Shown piece after piece: positions 27,570 to 36,684 of a stretch of 64,000 bases of DNA (its first letter is position 1; each line of letters starts with the position of its first letter). Source of the stretch: Patescibacteria group bacterium (GTDB lineage: Bacteria > Patescibacteriota > Patescibacteriia > Patescibacteriales > UBA12465). The stretch lies in contig JALNZW010000006.1 in assembly GCA_023229115.1 (NCBI GenBank), positions 2,523-66,522 on the forward strand. The letters run 5' to 3'. Below the pieces are notes generated by a model. It was not told the origin of the DNA, did not search any database, and was given only the letters and a program-made list of their open reading frames with translations. A program made the position numbers and the translations under genes.

Positions 27570-28604
27570 TTATAGTTTTAATTTTTTCTTAACTTCTTTT
27601 ATCAATGGCTCAGCTCTTTCGGGGTCAGGATTATGTTTAGTTAGCCAATAAACAGCCGTTCGAATTGCCGTCCAGTAATAATAAAGCTTGACCCTTTCTT
27701 TTAATCTAATATTATATTTAACCTTTGTTTTCTGGCAATAGCCTTCAATAAATATGTTGTGTATTTTTTTAACATAAGAATCCGGATAAGAATTTTTTTT
27801 CAATCTATATTCAACTTGTTGTAAAAAACTACCTAAATCCCTAGCGAAATCAGAAGGAGATATGTCCGTAAAATCTATCATGGCTATTTTTTTATCACTA
27901 ATTTTGATAATATTGTCCGGATGAGCATCTCCATGAATTAACCACCTCCTATGACTTAATTTGAAAAAATCATCTTCCAGTTCTATCAAATAATCATAAA
28001 TTTTTTTAATATCTTTCAAATATTTATCACCATATTTTTCTTCAACACTCTTTAATATTTTCTTATAACCAGGAACGACTGTTTTTATTTTACTTTTACT
28101 TTTGTCGTATTGAATTTCCTTACTGACTGGAATTTTATGAAGTTTAGCTAACCATTCAGCTGTTTTCTTGACTATTCTCTCAACTTCTTTTTTGTTTCCT
28201 TCCCGGATGAACTCTAACAAACTTTCACCGCTAACACCTCGATAAAAAGAAGCATTAAAATATTTAGAATAAAGAATTGGACGAGGAATTGTCAAAAAAC
28301 CTTTAGAAAAACCATTGTTCCATAAATGATTTAAAACATCATAAACATTTTTTCTTGGTTCACTAGAATGAGCTGTGCAAAAAAATGATAATTTTTTTAC
28401 TTTTTTCTTTTTATTTTCTGAATCAGATAAAAAAGAAACTTTAAATTCAGTTACTACGTGATAAGAGCCAACCCAAATAAATTTCTTATGATGAATTACT
28501 TTTATTTTCTCTATTTTTTTAAAATCTGGATAAAGAGGCAATATTCTTTTATTAAAAAACTTCAAAATATACTCGTTATCAAACAATTTTTCAATTTTAT
28601 TCAT
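27570..28604 (-). CDS. APH-family (aminoglycoside phosphotransferase / sugar kinase-like) kinase
   Basis: Brenner-type catalytic loop LIHGDAHPDNII followed by MIDFTD. Confidence 0.65.
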   Translation of the reverse strand: MNKIEKLFDNEYILKFFNKRILPLYPDFKKIEKIKVIHHKKFIWVGSYHVVTEFKVSFLSDSENKKKKVKKLSFFCTAHSSEPRKNVYDVLNHLWNNGFSKGFLTIPRPILYSKYFNASFYRGVSGESLLEFIREGNKKEVERIVKKTAEWLAKLHKIPVSKEIQYDKSKSKIKTVVPGYKKILKSVEEKYGDKYLKDIKKIYDYLIELEDDFFKLSHRRWLIHGDAHPDNIIKISDKKIAMIDFTDISPSDFARDLGSFLQQVEYRLKKNSYPDSYVKKIHNIFIEGYCQKTKVKYNIRLKERVKLYYYWTAIRTAVYWLTKHNPDPERAEPLIKEVKKKLKL

Positions 28605-28619
28605 AAAAAATAATAAATT

Positions 28620-29771
28620 TTATCTTTTCGACCAATGCTTGGTCCAGATCATTCTTTTGGTTTTTGCCAATAATGATTCTGCTTTTATTTTTTCTTCTTT
28701 AGTGGTTGAATTCTCTAAGGACCTAATTGATCTAATAAATTCATCAACACCTCTTTCTATTTCGTCAGGATTCCAGGCACGAGGCCCGAAATTATGTTTA
28801 AAATCATTGTCGCTAGCCCACCAAAAAGTGCAACTAGCCAAACCCCTAACAAAATGCCAACGAGCCCAATAACTATTTTTATCTCTTTTATGTCTTTCAA
28901 TAGTATTATAAGCCAAATCAGCTAACTCCCATAATTTTAAATGAATTTTATTTTTTTGGCTATACCACAAATGATAAGGCTCCTTTTTGGCCAAATCTTT
29001 AAGACTGGACTCCCAATTACTTTTTCTAACAGATATTGAAATTGTTTTTTTGTTTTTTATATAATCTGAAATTAAAACAGTCTCAATTTTTTTATTTTTT
29101 AAAATATTTTCAAATTTACCCCTAGGGTCATTATGTCTGAGTCCATATAATTCTCCATCCGTAGCGCTAACAATAATGTCTTTACTATTATCTTCTCCTG
29201 ACAAATGATTAGTTATTTTATCTGGAACATAACAATTAGAAAATTCTCGGGATCTAAAAACAACCTTAAGGTCACTTTTTTTATCTTTATAAACCTGAGA
29301 ATAATCTACCTTTCCAGAAGAATTAAAAGATATTTCGTCTAAAATAATCCAAGAATAACCCATTTTTTTTACAATAGATGCCACTTCGGGACTATAAGCC
29401 ATTTCAGGAAAGAAAAAGCCTTTTAATTTAGCTTTGGGAAAATTTTTTTTAATTATAATTTCATTTTCTTTTATTTGCCTAACAACCTCCTTCTTCTTAA
29501 TTAATGGCAATAGAGGGTGATAAGCCGCTGAACCAACTAACTCAATTTGACCCCTTTCTATTAGTAAATTTATTTTTTTTATTAAATCAACATAGCCCAG
29601 CTCTAACATTCTTGAAACCAAGCAAGCCGAAATATTTAAAGTAAATTTTATTTTTTTATTTTTTTTTAAAGCATCAAAAATCCGCTCATAGCTCAAATCG
29701 TTAGCCTCTTTTATTCTATAAGGATCTGAATTAGCTGGTTGATATAAATGAAGAAAATTTATCCACAACAT
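28620..29771 (-). CDS. Glycoside hydrolase family 57 protein
   Basis: LHLYQP start, GQIELVGSAAYHPLLPLI, candidate nucleophile region FFPEMAYS and acid/base region TDGELYG. Confidence 0.7.
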   Translation of the reverse strand: MLWINFLHLYQPANSDPYRIKEANDLSYERIFDALKKNKKIKFTLNISACLVSRMLELGYVDLIKKINLLIERGQIELVGSAAYHPLLPLIKKKEVVRQIKENEIIIKKNFPKAKLKGFFFPEMAYSPEVASIVKKMGYSWIILDEISFNSSGKVDYSQVYKDKKSDLKVVFRSREFSNCYVPDKITNHLSGEDNSKDIIVSATDGELYGLRHNDPRGKFENILKNKKIETVLISDYIKNKKTISISVRKSNWESSLKDLAKKEPYHLWYSQKNKIHLKLWELADLAYNTIERHKRDKNSYWARWHFVRGLASCTFWWASDNDFKHNFGPRAWNPDEIERGVDEFIRSIRSLENSTTKEEKIKAESLLAKTKRMIWTKHWSKR

Positions 29772-29780
29772 CTTATTTTT

Positions 29781-31253
29781 TTAATTTTTAATTCTAATAG
29801 CTTTTCTATAAAGCTTAATGTATTTTTGAGCTGGTATTTTCCAGCTACTAGACTGTGACATAGCTCTTTCAATAATTTCATTCCAAACATTTTTATATTT
29901 ATAAGTTTCCAGGGCCCTTATTATAGCCCAAAAAAAAGAAAATTCATCTTCATACTTAAAAGTAAAACCTGTTCCCGTTTTAGAATTAGGATTAAAATTA
30001 CTAACAGTATCATAAAGACCACCAGTTTCTCTAACAATAGGGATGCAACCATAACGCATAGCAATCATCTGGTTTATGCCACATGGCTCATAATAAGAAG
30101 GCAGAACAAACAAATCAGACCCAGCATAAACCAAAGTTTCTATACTTTGATTTTCTTTAAATGGTTTCCAAATTATTTTTTTAGGAAATTTTTTATTAAG
30201 ATTATTTATTTCTTTGATATATTCTTGATTACCGTCACCCATAAAAATTATTTGCACATCAAATCTTAATAGATAAGGCAATAACTTCAAGATTACATCA
30301 AAACCTTTTTGATGAGTTATTCGAGAAGTAGAACAGATAATAGGAACGTTCGGATTAATCGCGAACCCCATCTTTTTTTGTAAGAATTTTTTATTTTCCA
30401 ACTTTAATTTATGAGAATTTATATCAAAATTACAAAAAAGACCTTGGTCGTTTTTAGGATTATAAGAATCATAGTCAATGCCATTGACTATCCCAAATAA
30501 ATGAGCACTTCTGTTTTTTAAAATACGATTAAGGTCTTGTCCAAACTTCTTGGTCATTATTTCTTCTCGATATTTTTCACTAACAGTATTAATGATGTCA
30601 GCGGACATAATTGCTCTTTTAGCAAAGTTAATATTGACAATATCTGGATCACTAATTAAAGGAATTTTTTTTCGACCATAATCTTTTTTATCTAAAGGAA
30701 CTGAAAACCAATTTTTCCCTAATTGAAAAGCCAAATTATGAATGGTAAAAATAGTTTTAGTTTTTGATAAAATTTTTGTATACCTAGACTTGTTCTTTAT
30801 AAAATAAGGTATTAAACCAGAGTGCCAATCATGGCATTGAATAATATCAGGACTAAAATCTAATAAATTTAATAATTTTAAGGCGGCAACATTAAAAGTC
30901 AAAAATCTAATATTTTCCTTATCTGAGCCATAAACTTTTTTATGTTTAGAAAAATATTTTTTAATCTCCACAAAGTAAACGGGTAAACCTCCATTCAACT
31001 TACCTTCCCAAAAACTAGCCTTAATATTGTTTTCAGAATCAATAATTAAATTAATGTCCTTAAAAATCATTTTTAGGTCATACTCGTCTTTGTCTATTAA
31101 TTTACCATAAAGAGGTGTTATAATCCTAACATCATAACCAAGTTTAAATAAAGACTCTGGTAAACTGCGAGCAACATCCGCTAGGCCACCTGTCTTAGAA
31201 AAAGGGGCTACTTCAGCTGAAACATGAACTATTTTAATTTTTTTACTATTCAT
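29781..31253 (-). CDS. glgA: Glycogen/starch synthase (GT5)
   Basis: KIVHVSAEVAPFSKTGGLADV at the N-terminus and PSYYEPCGINQM near the C-terminus. Confidence 0.9.
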   Translation of the reverse strand: MNSKKIKIVHVSAEVAPFSKTGGLADVARSLPESLFKLGYDVRIITPLYGKLIDKDEYDLKMIFKDINLIIDSENNIKASFWEGKLNGGLPVYFVEIKKYFSKHKKVYGSDKENIRFLTFNVAALKLLNLLDFSPDIIQCHDWHSGLIPYFIKNKSRYTKILSKTKTIFTIHNLAFQLGKNWFSVPLDKKDYGRKKIPLISDPDIVNINFAKRAIMSADIINTVSEKYREEIMTKKFGQDLNRILKNRSAHLFGIVNGIDYDSYNPKNDQGLFCNFDINSHKLKLENKKFLQKKMGFAINPNVPIICSTSRITHQKGFDVILKLLPYLLRFDVQIIFMGDGNQEYIKEINNLNKKFPKKIIWKPFKENQSIETLVYAGSDLFVLPSYYEPCGINQMIAMRYGCIPIVRETGGLYDTVSNFNPNSKTGTGFTFKYEDEFSFFWAIIRALETYKYKNVWNEIIERAMSQSSSWKIPAQKYIKLYRKAIRIKN

Positions 31254-31256
31254 ATC

Positions 31257-31745
31257 TTATTTTTTATTTAAACAATTAATCGCACAAATTGCCAAACCCA
31301 AGGCATCGGCGCTATCATCAGATTTGGGTAATTCTTTTAGATTTAAAAAAATTTTAATCATTCTTTTAATTTGATTCTTGTCAGCTCGACCATAATTACT
31401 AATTGTTTGCTTTAATTGTAAGGGGGTAAATTCAAAAATAGGTATTTTATTTTTAACAAGACCCAGCAAAATAACTCCCCTAGCCTGACCAACTAATAAA
31501 GCAGTTTTAGCATTGGTATTAAAAAATAATTTTTCAACTGAAGCTATATCTGGTTTGTATTTATCAATTATCTCTTGTAAAACAGAATCTATTTTTTTTA
31601 AACGCTCTACAAAGTCCTCCTTGGGATATGTTTTTATTGAACCAAAATCCAAACATTTAACACTAGACCCACAAACCTCAATAAGTCCAAAACCAGTATC
31701 AGCCAAGCCGGGATCTATCCCTAAAATAATTTTTTTATTATTCAT
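31257..31745 (-). CDS. ruvC: Crossover junction endodeoxyribonuclease RuvC
   Basis: ILGIDPGLADTGFGLIE and the C-terminal DSADALGLAIC. Confidence 0.9.
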   Translation of the reverse strand: MNNKKIILGIDPGLADTGFGLIEVCGSSVKCLDFGSIKTYPKEDFVERLKKIDSVLQEIIDKYKPDIASVEKLFFNTNAKTALLVGQARGVILLGLVKNKIPIFEFTPLQLKQTISNYGRADKNQIKRMIKIFLNLKELPKSDDSADALGLAICAINCLNKK

Positions 31746-31747
31746 AA

Positions 31748-32158
31748 TTATTTTTTAGGCAAAAACTTATCATTTTTAATTATTTTTTTGACTATAAAAT
31801 ACAGGAAAGTCATTATTATCAAAAAAGTTATAAGAGAACTCAAAATACTGCCAATATCAAAGCTAACACCTTTTAAAATAAAAACCAAACTTTCAAACTT
31901 TTCTTTAGAGACTAAAAGCTCTACTATCGGCATAAAAAAACCCTCAACCAATGAATCCACTAAATCTTTAGACGTTTGCCCTATAATCACACCTATCGCC
32001 AAACCAATAACCGAATATTCTTTTAAGAAATCCAACAAACCTTTCAAAAATTGAGAATTGAATTTCTTTTGAGAAGATGACACTTCTTTATTCTCATTAA
32101 TTTCTGTTTGATCATTTTTATTTTCCATATATTTTAGTTCCTTTAAATCTTTTAGCAC
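31748..32158 (-). CDS. mscL: Large-conductance mechanosensitive channel MscL with an N-terminal extension of about 35 aa
   Basis: FLKEYSVIGLAIGVIIG matches the MscL TM1 signature. The start could be Met1 (32158) or Met11 (32128). Either choice overlaps the upstream gene's 3' end. Confidence 0.7.
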   Translation of the reverse strand: MLKDLKELKYMENKNDQTEINENKEVSSSQKKFNSQFLKGLLDFLKEYSVIGLAIGVIIGQTSKDLVDSLVEGFFMPIVELLVSKEKFESLVFILKGVSFDIGSILSSLITFLIIMTFLYFIVKKIIKNDKFLPKK

Positions 32159-32810
32159 TTAAATAATTGTTTAAATTGGAAAGATTATCACCATTTAATA
32201 TTACGACAGTTTTATTTTCTTTTTGACAAAATTTAGAAGCAAGCGGATCAAAGGGGGAATTTAGGCCGGGAGTCCAACTGCCACCAACAATTTTCAAAAA
32301 ATCACTCCAATTCATTTCTTCAATTTTTTTAGCATCTTTGTTTTTTTTAGGATCTTTATCATAAACATAATCAATATTGCTTATATTTATAATATTTTTA
32401 ACATTGTATGTTTTCGCTAAAACAGAACAGACAAAATCAGATGAATTTCCTGGCAAATAACCACCAGAAAACAATAAAGATTTTTTACTTCTTATTTTTA
32501 CTCCTGGATTATTGATTAAAACAGGATGGGCCATATCTCCAAAAACAGATTTAACAATATTAGCATTCAAGTGAGTAGCGGAAATGCCTATCCAATCTTG
32601 ACTATCTGAGTCTAGTAAATTATTTATTTTTTTAGCCTCCTTAATTGAGTTTCGAGCATTGAAGCCACCACCAACAACAATTATAAACTTATCGCCCTCA
32701 TTAACTCTTTTTTTGATTAAATTCTTAAACTTTTTTAAAAAATCAATATTTATTCCTTGGGGCAATGAAACCATTGAACCGCCCAAAGACAAAACAAAAA
32801 AATTAGACAT
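32118..32810 (-). CDS. pyrH: Amino-acid-kinase-fold protein, archaeal-type UMP kinase-like
   Basis: LSLGGS, IIVVGGGFNARN, IGISATHLNANIV, GGYLPGNSSDFV and NIDYVYDKDP. It lacks the bacterial GMLAT and TTD motifs and resembles the archaeal PyrH layout. Confidence 0.6.
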   Translation of the reverse strand: MSNFFVLSLGGSMVSLPQGINIDFLKKFKNLIKKRVNEGDKFIIVVGGGFNARNSIKEAKKINNLLDSDSQDWIGISATHLNANIVKSVFGDMAHPVLINNPGVKIRSKKSLLFSGGYLPGNSSDFVCSVLAKTYNVKNIINISNIDYVYDKDPKKNKDAKKIEEMNWSDFLKIVGGSWTPGLNSPFDPLASKFCQKENKTVVILNGDNLSNLNNYLSAKRFKGTKIYGK

Positions 32811-32882
32811 TTAATGACTTAATTAAAAATAAATTTACTATATACTAACATTATTAAACAAAAAAATAAAGCTTTTATAACT

Positions 32883-32908
32883 AAAATACTCTCAATTGAG
32901 AGTATTTT
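32883..32908 (-). terminator. Possible terminator downstream of recA
   Basis: Perfect palindrome aaaatactctcaattgagagtatttt. The T-run is only the 4 T's built into the stem. Confidence 0.4.
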
Positions 32909-32934
32909 AGTTTTTACAAAATATTCAATAAATA

Positions 32935-33969
32935 TTACTTACTTTCTCTTTTATTATATTCCTCCATAATCTTAATTCTCAACTCTTTCATTAATTTATC
33001 TTGTGATTTTAAATAATTTTTAGCATTTTCTCGGCCTACGCCCATTTTATTTTGACCGAAACTATAAGAATTTCCAGATTTTTTAATAACATCATATTCA
33101 ACACCTAAATCCAATAAATCACCAGAAATAGAAATTCCCTCGTTATACATAATATCAAATTCAGCTGATTTAAAAGGGGCTGCTACTTTATTTTTAACAA
33201 TTTTAGCCTTAACTCTATTTCCTAATATTTTTTCACCTTGCTTTATTTGAGCACTTCTTCTAACTTCAACTCTGACAGAAGAATAAAATTTAAGAGCATT
33301 TCCGCCACTAGTAGTTTCTGGATTTCCAAAAAATACTCCAATTTTATTTCTAATTTGATTAATAAAGATAACAACTGTTTTTGTTTTTGACACAATTCCA
33401 GTTAACTTTCTAAGAGCTTGACTCATCAGTCTGGCTTGTAGACCCATATGTTGGTCGCCCATGTCACCTTCTATCTCTTTCTGAGGCACTAAAGCGGCTA
33501 CACTATCAACAACAACCACATCAACTGCGTTTGATCTAACTAAAGTTTCTACTATTTCCAAGGCTTGCTCTCCTGTGTCTGGCTGAGAAATAAGCATCTC
33601 TTTAATGTTAATGCCAATTTTTTCAGCATAATCAGGGTCAAGGGCGTGTTCAGCATCAACAAAAGCAGCTATTCCCCCTAATTTTTGAACTTCAGCCACT
33701 ATATGCTGAGCCAAGGTTGTTTTTCCAGAAGATTCTGGACCAAAAATTTCTATAACCCTTCCTCTAGGCACACCACCTATACCGAAAGCTATATCCAAAG
33801 ATAAACAACCAGTGGGAATAGCATCAACATTGGTTTTTCTGGCTTCTCCAAATTTCATAATAGCTCCATCGCCAAATTTGCTTTTTATTTGTTGCATGGC
33901 CAATGATGTTGCCTCCAGTTTATTAGAATTACTTTTAATTGGCTCCTTGCTCTTTTTTTCTTTTGACAT
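32935..33969 (-). CDS. recA: Recombinase RecA
   Basis: [11 protein letters not shown] (Walker A), VVVDSVAAL and FINQIR. I place the start at ATG 33969 ([10 protein letters not shown]) rather than the track's upstream start. Confidence 0.95.
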   Translation of the reverse strand: MSKEKKSKEPIKSNSNKLEATSLAMQQIKSKFGDGAIMKFGEARKTNVDAIPTGCLSLDIAFGIGGVPRGRVIEIFGPESSGKTTLAQHIVAEVQKLGGIAAFVDAEHALDPDYAEKIGINIKEMLISQPDTGEQALEIVETLVRSNAVDVVVVDSVAALVPQKEIEGDMGDQHMGLQARLMSQALRKLTGIVSKTKTVVIFINQIRNKIGVFFGNPETTSGGNALKFYSSVRVEVRRSAQIKQGEKILGNRVKAKIVKNKVAAPFKSAEFDIMYNEGISISGDLLDLGVEYDVIKKSGNSYSFGQNKMGVGRENAKNYLKSQDKLMKELRIKIMEEYNKRESK

Positions 33970-34094
33970 AATCTTTTGACAATTATTTACCAAAAAGATA
34001 AACAATTATTTTAAATATTAATAAATTAAATATACAATAAAATAAATAAACACAAAACAAAAACAAAATCAAACAATAATCATTTTGAAATAAA

Positions 34095-36587
34095 CTAATT
34101 ACAAGATGAGCCCGCTTGAGGAGTTCCATCACAACAAGACGGATTTAAAGGATCAGCTACACAATCAATACTAGCGCTTGGCTTAAAACAATTCTGATAA
34201 ATATCTCTAACGCCTGAACCAGCTTGAGCTCTATAGCCAGCTCCTTCAAAAAATTGAGCATGTTTAATTAAAACACTTGTTCGATCATTGTCACCATCTA
34301 TCGGGTTGACATCTTGTCCGGAAGACTCTATCCAATAACCAACAGCCTGTCCACTTATCAAATTAACTCTATTATGAAAAACTTGTTCACCACCTGACTC
34401 AGAAACAAGGTAACCAGTTCTCAAGCTATCAGTTGATAAAAGTTTATCAAAAATTATTTCAATAGGACCAAAAAGATTGGCCGGAGTCTCTGGACCAAAC
34501 TCTAAAATCTTAGGAGGAGTGGAGTCTATCTTGTCATTTATCCAAAATGACCAAGAAAAACTATCACCAGTCATCAAATCTCCTTGATTTTTATAAAAAT
34601 AAGAAGTTGGTCCATAGGAATAACCATCACTATTTCCATCCAAAGAATTAAGAGCAGCGTCAACAACTCCATTAATAGGAGTTCTGGCCAAAGGATATCT
34701 TTTACTTTCTGTATCTTGACAAATATTATCAATACAAGCCGAAAAAGGACTTTTATTAGTACAGTTATTATCATTAGAATCACAATCAAAAAGACGAGCA
34801 GCAGATACCTCAACCATTATATTGCTATTGGCTGGTAAACAGAAAATATCCTCACCACAACTATTAGCTCCACATTTGAACCTGGAAATGAACTCCACTG
34901 TTTTATAATCAGAGGATATTTTAAATTTTCCACTAATTGGAAGATTACCATCAGAAACATTTAAAACCCTAATATAATCCTGCACCTCCTCACTTTCACC
35001 AGAAACAGTTAGTGGGTTAATAGCTTCATCAAAAACAATTTGAATTCCAGAGTTCATAGGCTTATCTCTTTTATCATTGACTATCACCCTCTCCACCCTG
35101 TCAACTCCACCACTAAAAGGATCAACACTTATTTTGTCTGTATAAGACTGTAAAACAATTGAGTTTCCAACTGAACCACCAACCTTAGATCTAAGATTAA
35201 TCACATTTCCAGAACAAGAATAAACTTCAACGTTAGGATGACTGTTTAAAGCTATACAAATGTTTTGAGTTTGATCAATCGTATTACCAGCCACTTGAAT
35301 ATTATAACCAGAGCTTGCTTCATTAACAAAAGTATACTCATAAGACCCAACCTTTATTTTGTCAGCTGGAAGCATTTTTTTCAAAACAACATTCCAAGAA
35401 TTACCACTTTCAAAATCACCTTCAATATTAAAAGAAAAATAGTTAGTGAAATCAATACGATTATTTACAATATCAAAGGCACCTAAATTATTTGTTCCGC
35501 TAGAAAGTTGAGCCTTAGAAGTAGCGCTAATTGAAACTGTAAATTCAGTATATTGACTATTATAATTTTGATTCACAAAAACCGTAGCATTACTGCTAGT
35601 GCCACCACCCCTAGTAACAGAAAGAATCTCAGCTTCTTGAAAATAGTCAGGGATACCGAGAATATTAATATTACCTTCGGCAAACTGAAGGGTTGAGGCA
35701 ATTTCCGAGCTATCCGGACTATCATCGTTTTGCGGAAAAATACTTAAAATCTTAGGAGGTGTAATATCAAGCTTAGTGCTAACTGTGAAATTCCACAATA
35801 AATACTGAGGAGAACAAGTGTTAAAAATCGATTGACTTCCATCAGCATTTAAAACATTATTAGAAAAATGAACCAAGTAAGAAGAGTCACTGTTTTCATT
35901 CCCTAAAACTTCATCAGGAAAAATAACTAAAATTTTATTATCACTACTATCAAAACTAAAGCTAATTGGATCTGAACAAGCAGCTGAATCAAAATTAAAA
36001 TTTTCTTCTAAACAAATAAGTGTATTAGAAGCGATGGTCTCTGGTAAAAACTCTTCTTTAAAAGTAACCATAATCATTGAGTTTCTAGGAACATTTTTTT
36101 GACCTGGTTCAGGATAAACACTTTCAACCGTACAAGCACCAACCGCTCCTAAGCCAGTTTGAAAATAACTAGAGCTAGAACTACTTGTTTGACCTTGTCC
36201 AGTGTCGCCTCCAATTTCTCTAAAAATGAAAGTAACTATTCCCCAAGCAGATAAAATAATAAACAAACCAACAGTAGCACTTTTGAGAATCCCTTTAGCT
36301 TTAGATATTTTTTCCTCATTACCCTCCGAAGTCATCCAGGTAAAGCCAGCAAAAATTATTAAGGAAACAGCAATGATTCCCATTAAACCTAAAAAAACGT
36401 TAATTATTCTAGCTACAACCTGACGAGGATCAGATTTTTCTAAAACTATTTGATTATCGACGGTATTAATACCAAAAACATCATCAGAGGAAGCTAAAAC
36501 TTCATTAAAATTCAAAAAAACAAACAAAAACAGAACCGACAAAATTAGAAAAAAACTTATTTTTAGACTATTTTTCTTATTAAACAT
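34095..36587 (-). CDS. Large surface protein: signal peptide, VirB2/TrbC-like pilin hairpin, Ser-rich linker, about four bacterial Ig-like (SbsA/Big_5-type) domains and a Cys-rich C-terminus
   Basis: LGLMGIIAVSLIIFAGFTWMTSEGNEEKISKAKGILKSATVGLFIILSAW parallels the ORF at 2347-2727. Repeated Ig-domain starts: VESVYPEPGQKNVPRNSMIMVTF, DITPPKILSIFPQ and DSTPPKILEFGPE. The protein ends ...CVADPLNPSCCDGTPQAGSSCN. Confidence 0.55.
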   Translation of the reverse strand: MFNKKNSLKISFFLILSVLFLFVFLNFNEVLASSDDVFGINTVDNQIVLEKSDPRQVVARIINVFLGLMGIIAVSLIIFAGFTWMTSEGNEEKISKAKGILKSATVGLFIILSAWGIVTFIFREIGGDTGQGQTSSSSSSYFQTGLGAVGACTVESVYPEPGQKNVPRNSMIMVTFKEEFLPETIASNTLICLEENFNFDSAACSDPISFSFDSSDNKILVIFPDEVLGNENSDSSYLVHFSNNVLNADGSQSIFNTCSPQYLLWNFTVSTKLDITPPKILSIFPQNDDSPDSSEIASTLQFAEGNINILGIPDYFQEAEILSVTRGGGTSSNATVFVNQNYNSQYTEFTVSISATSKAQLSSGTNNLGAFDIVNNRIDFTNYFSFNIEGDFESGNSWNVVLKKMLPADKIKVGSYEYTFVNEASSGYNIQVAGNTIDQTQNICIALNSHPNVEVYSCSGNVINLRSKVGGSVGNSIVLQSYTDKISVDPFSGGVDRVERVIVNDKRDKPMNSGIQIVFDEAINPLTVSGESEEVQDYIRVLNVSDGNLPISGKFKISSDYKTVEFISRFKCGANSCGEDIFCLPANSNIMVEVSAARLFDCDSNDNNCTNKSPFSACIDNICQDTESKRYPLARTPINGVVDAALNSLDGNSDGYSYGPTSYFYKNQGDLMTGDSFSWSFWINDKIDSTPPKILEFGPETPANLFGPIEIIFDKLLSTDSLRTGYLVSESGGEQVFHNRVNLISGQAVGYWIESSGQDVNPIDGDNDRTSVLIKHAQFFEGAGYRAQAGSGVRDIYQNCFKPSASIDCVADPLNPSCCDGTPQAGSSCN

Positions 36588-36684
36588 AGAAAAATTATTT
36601 TAATTTTATAAATTGCTAATTTCAATACTATTTGATATTATATAAAGAGATTATAGCATAAAAAATAAAATAATAAAATTTTTT

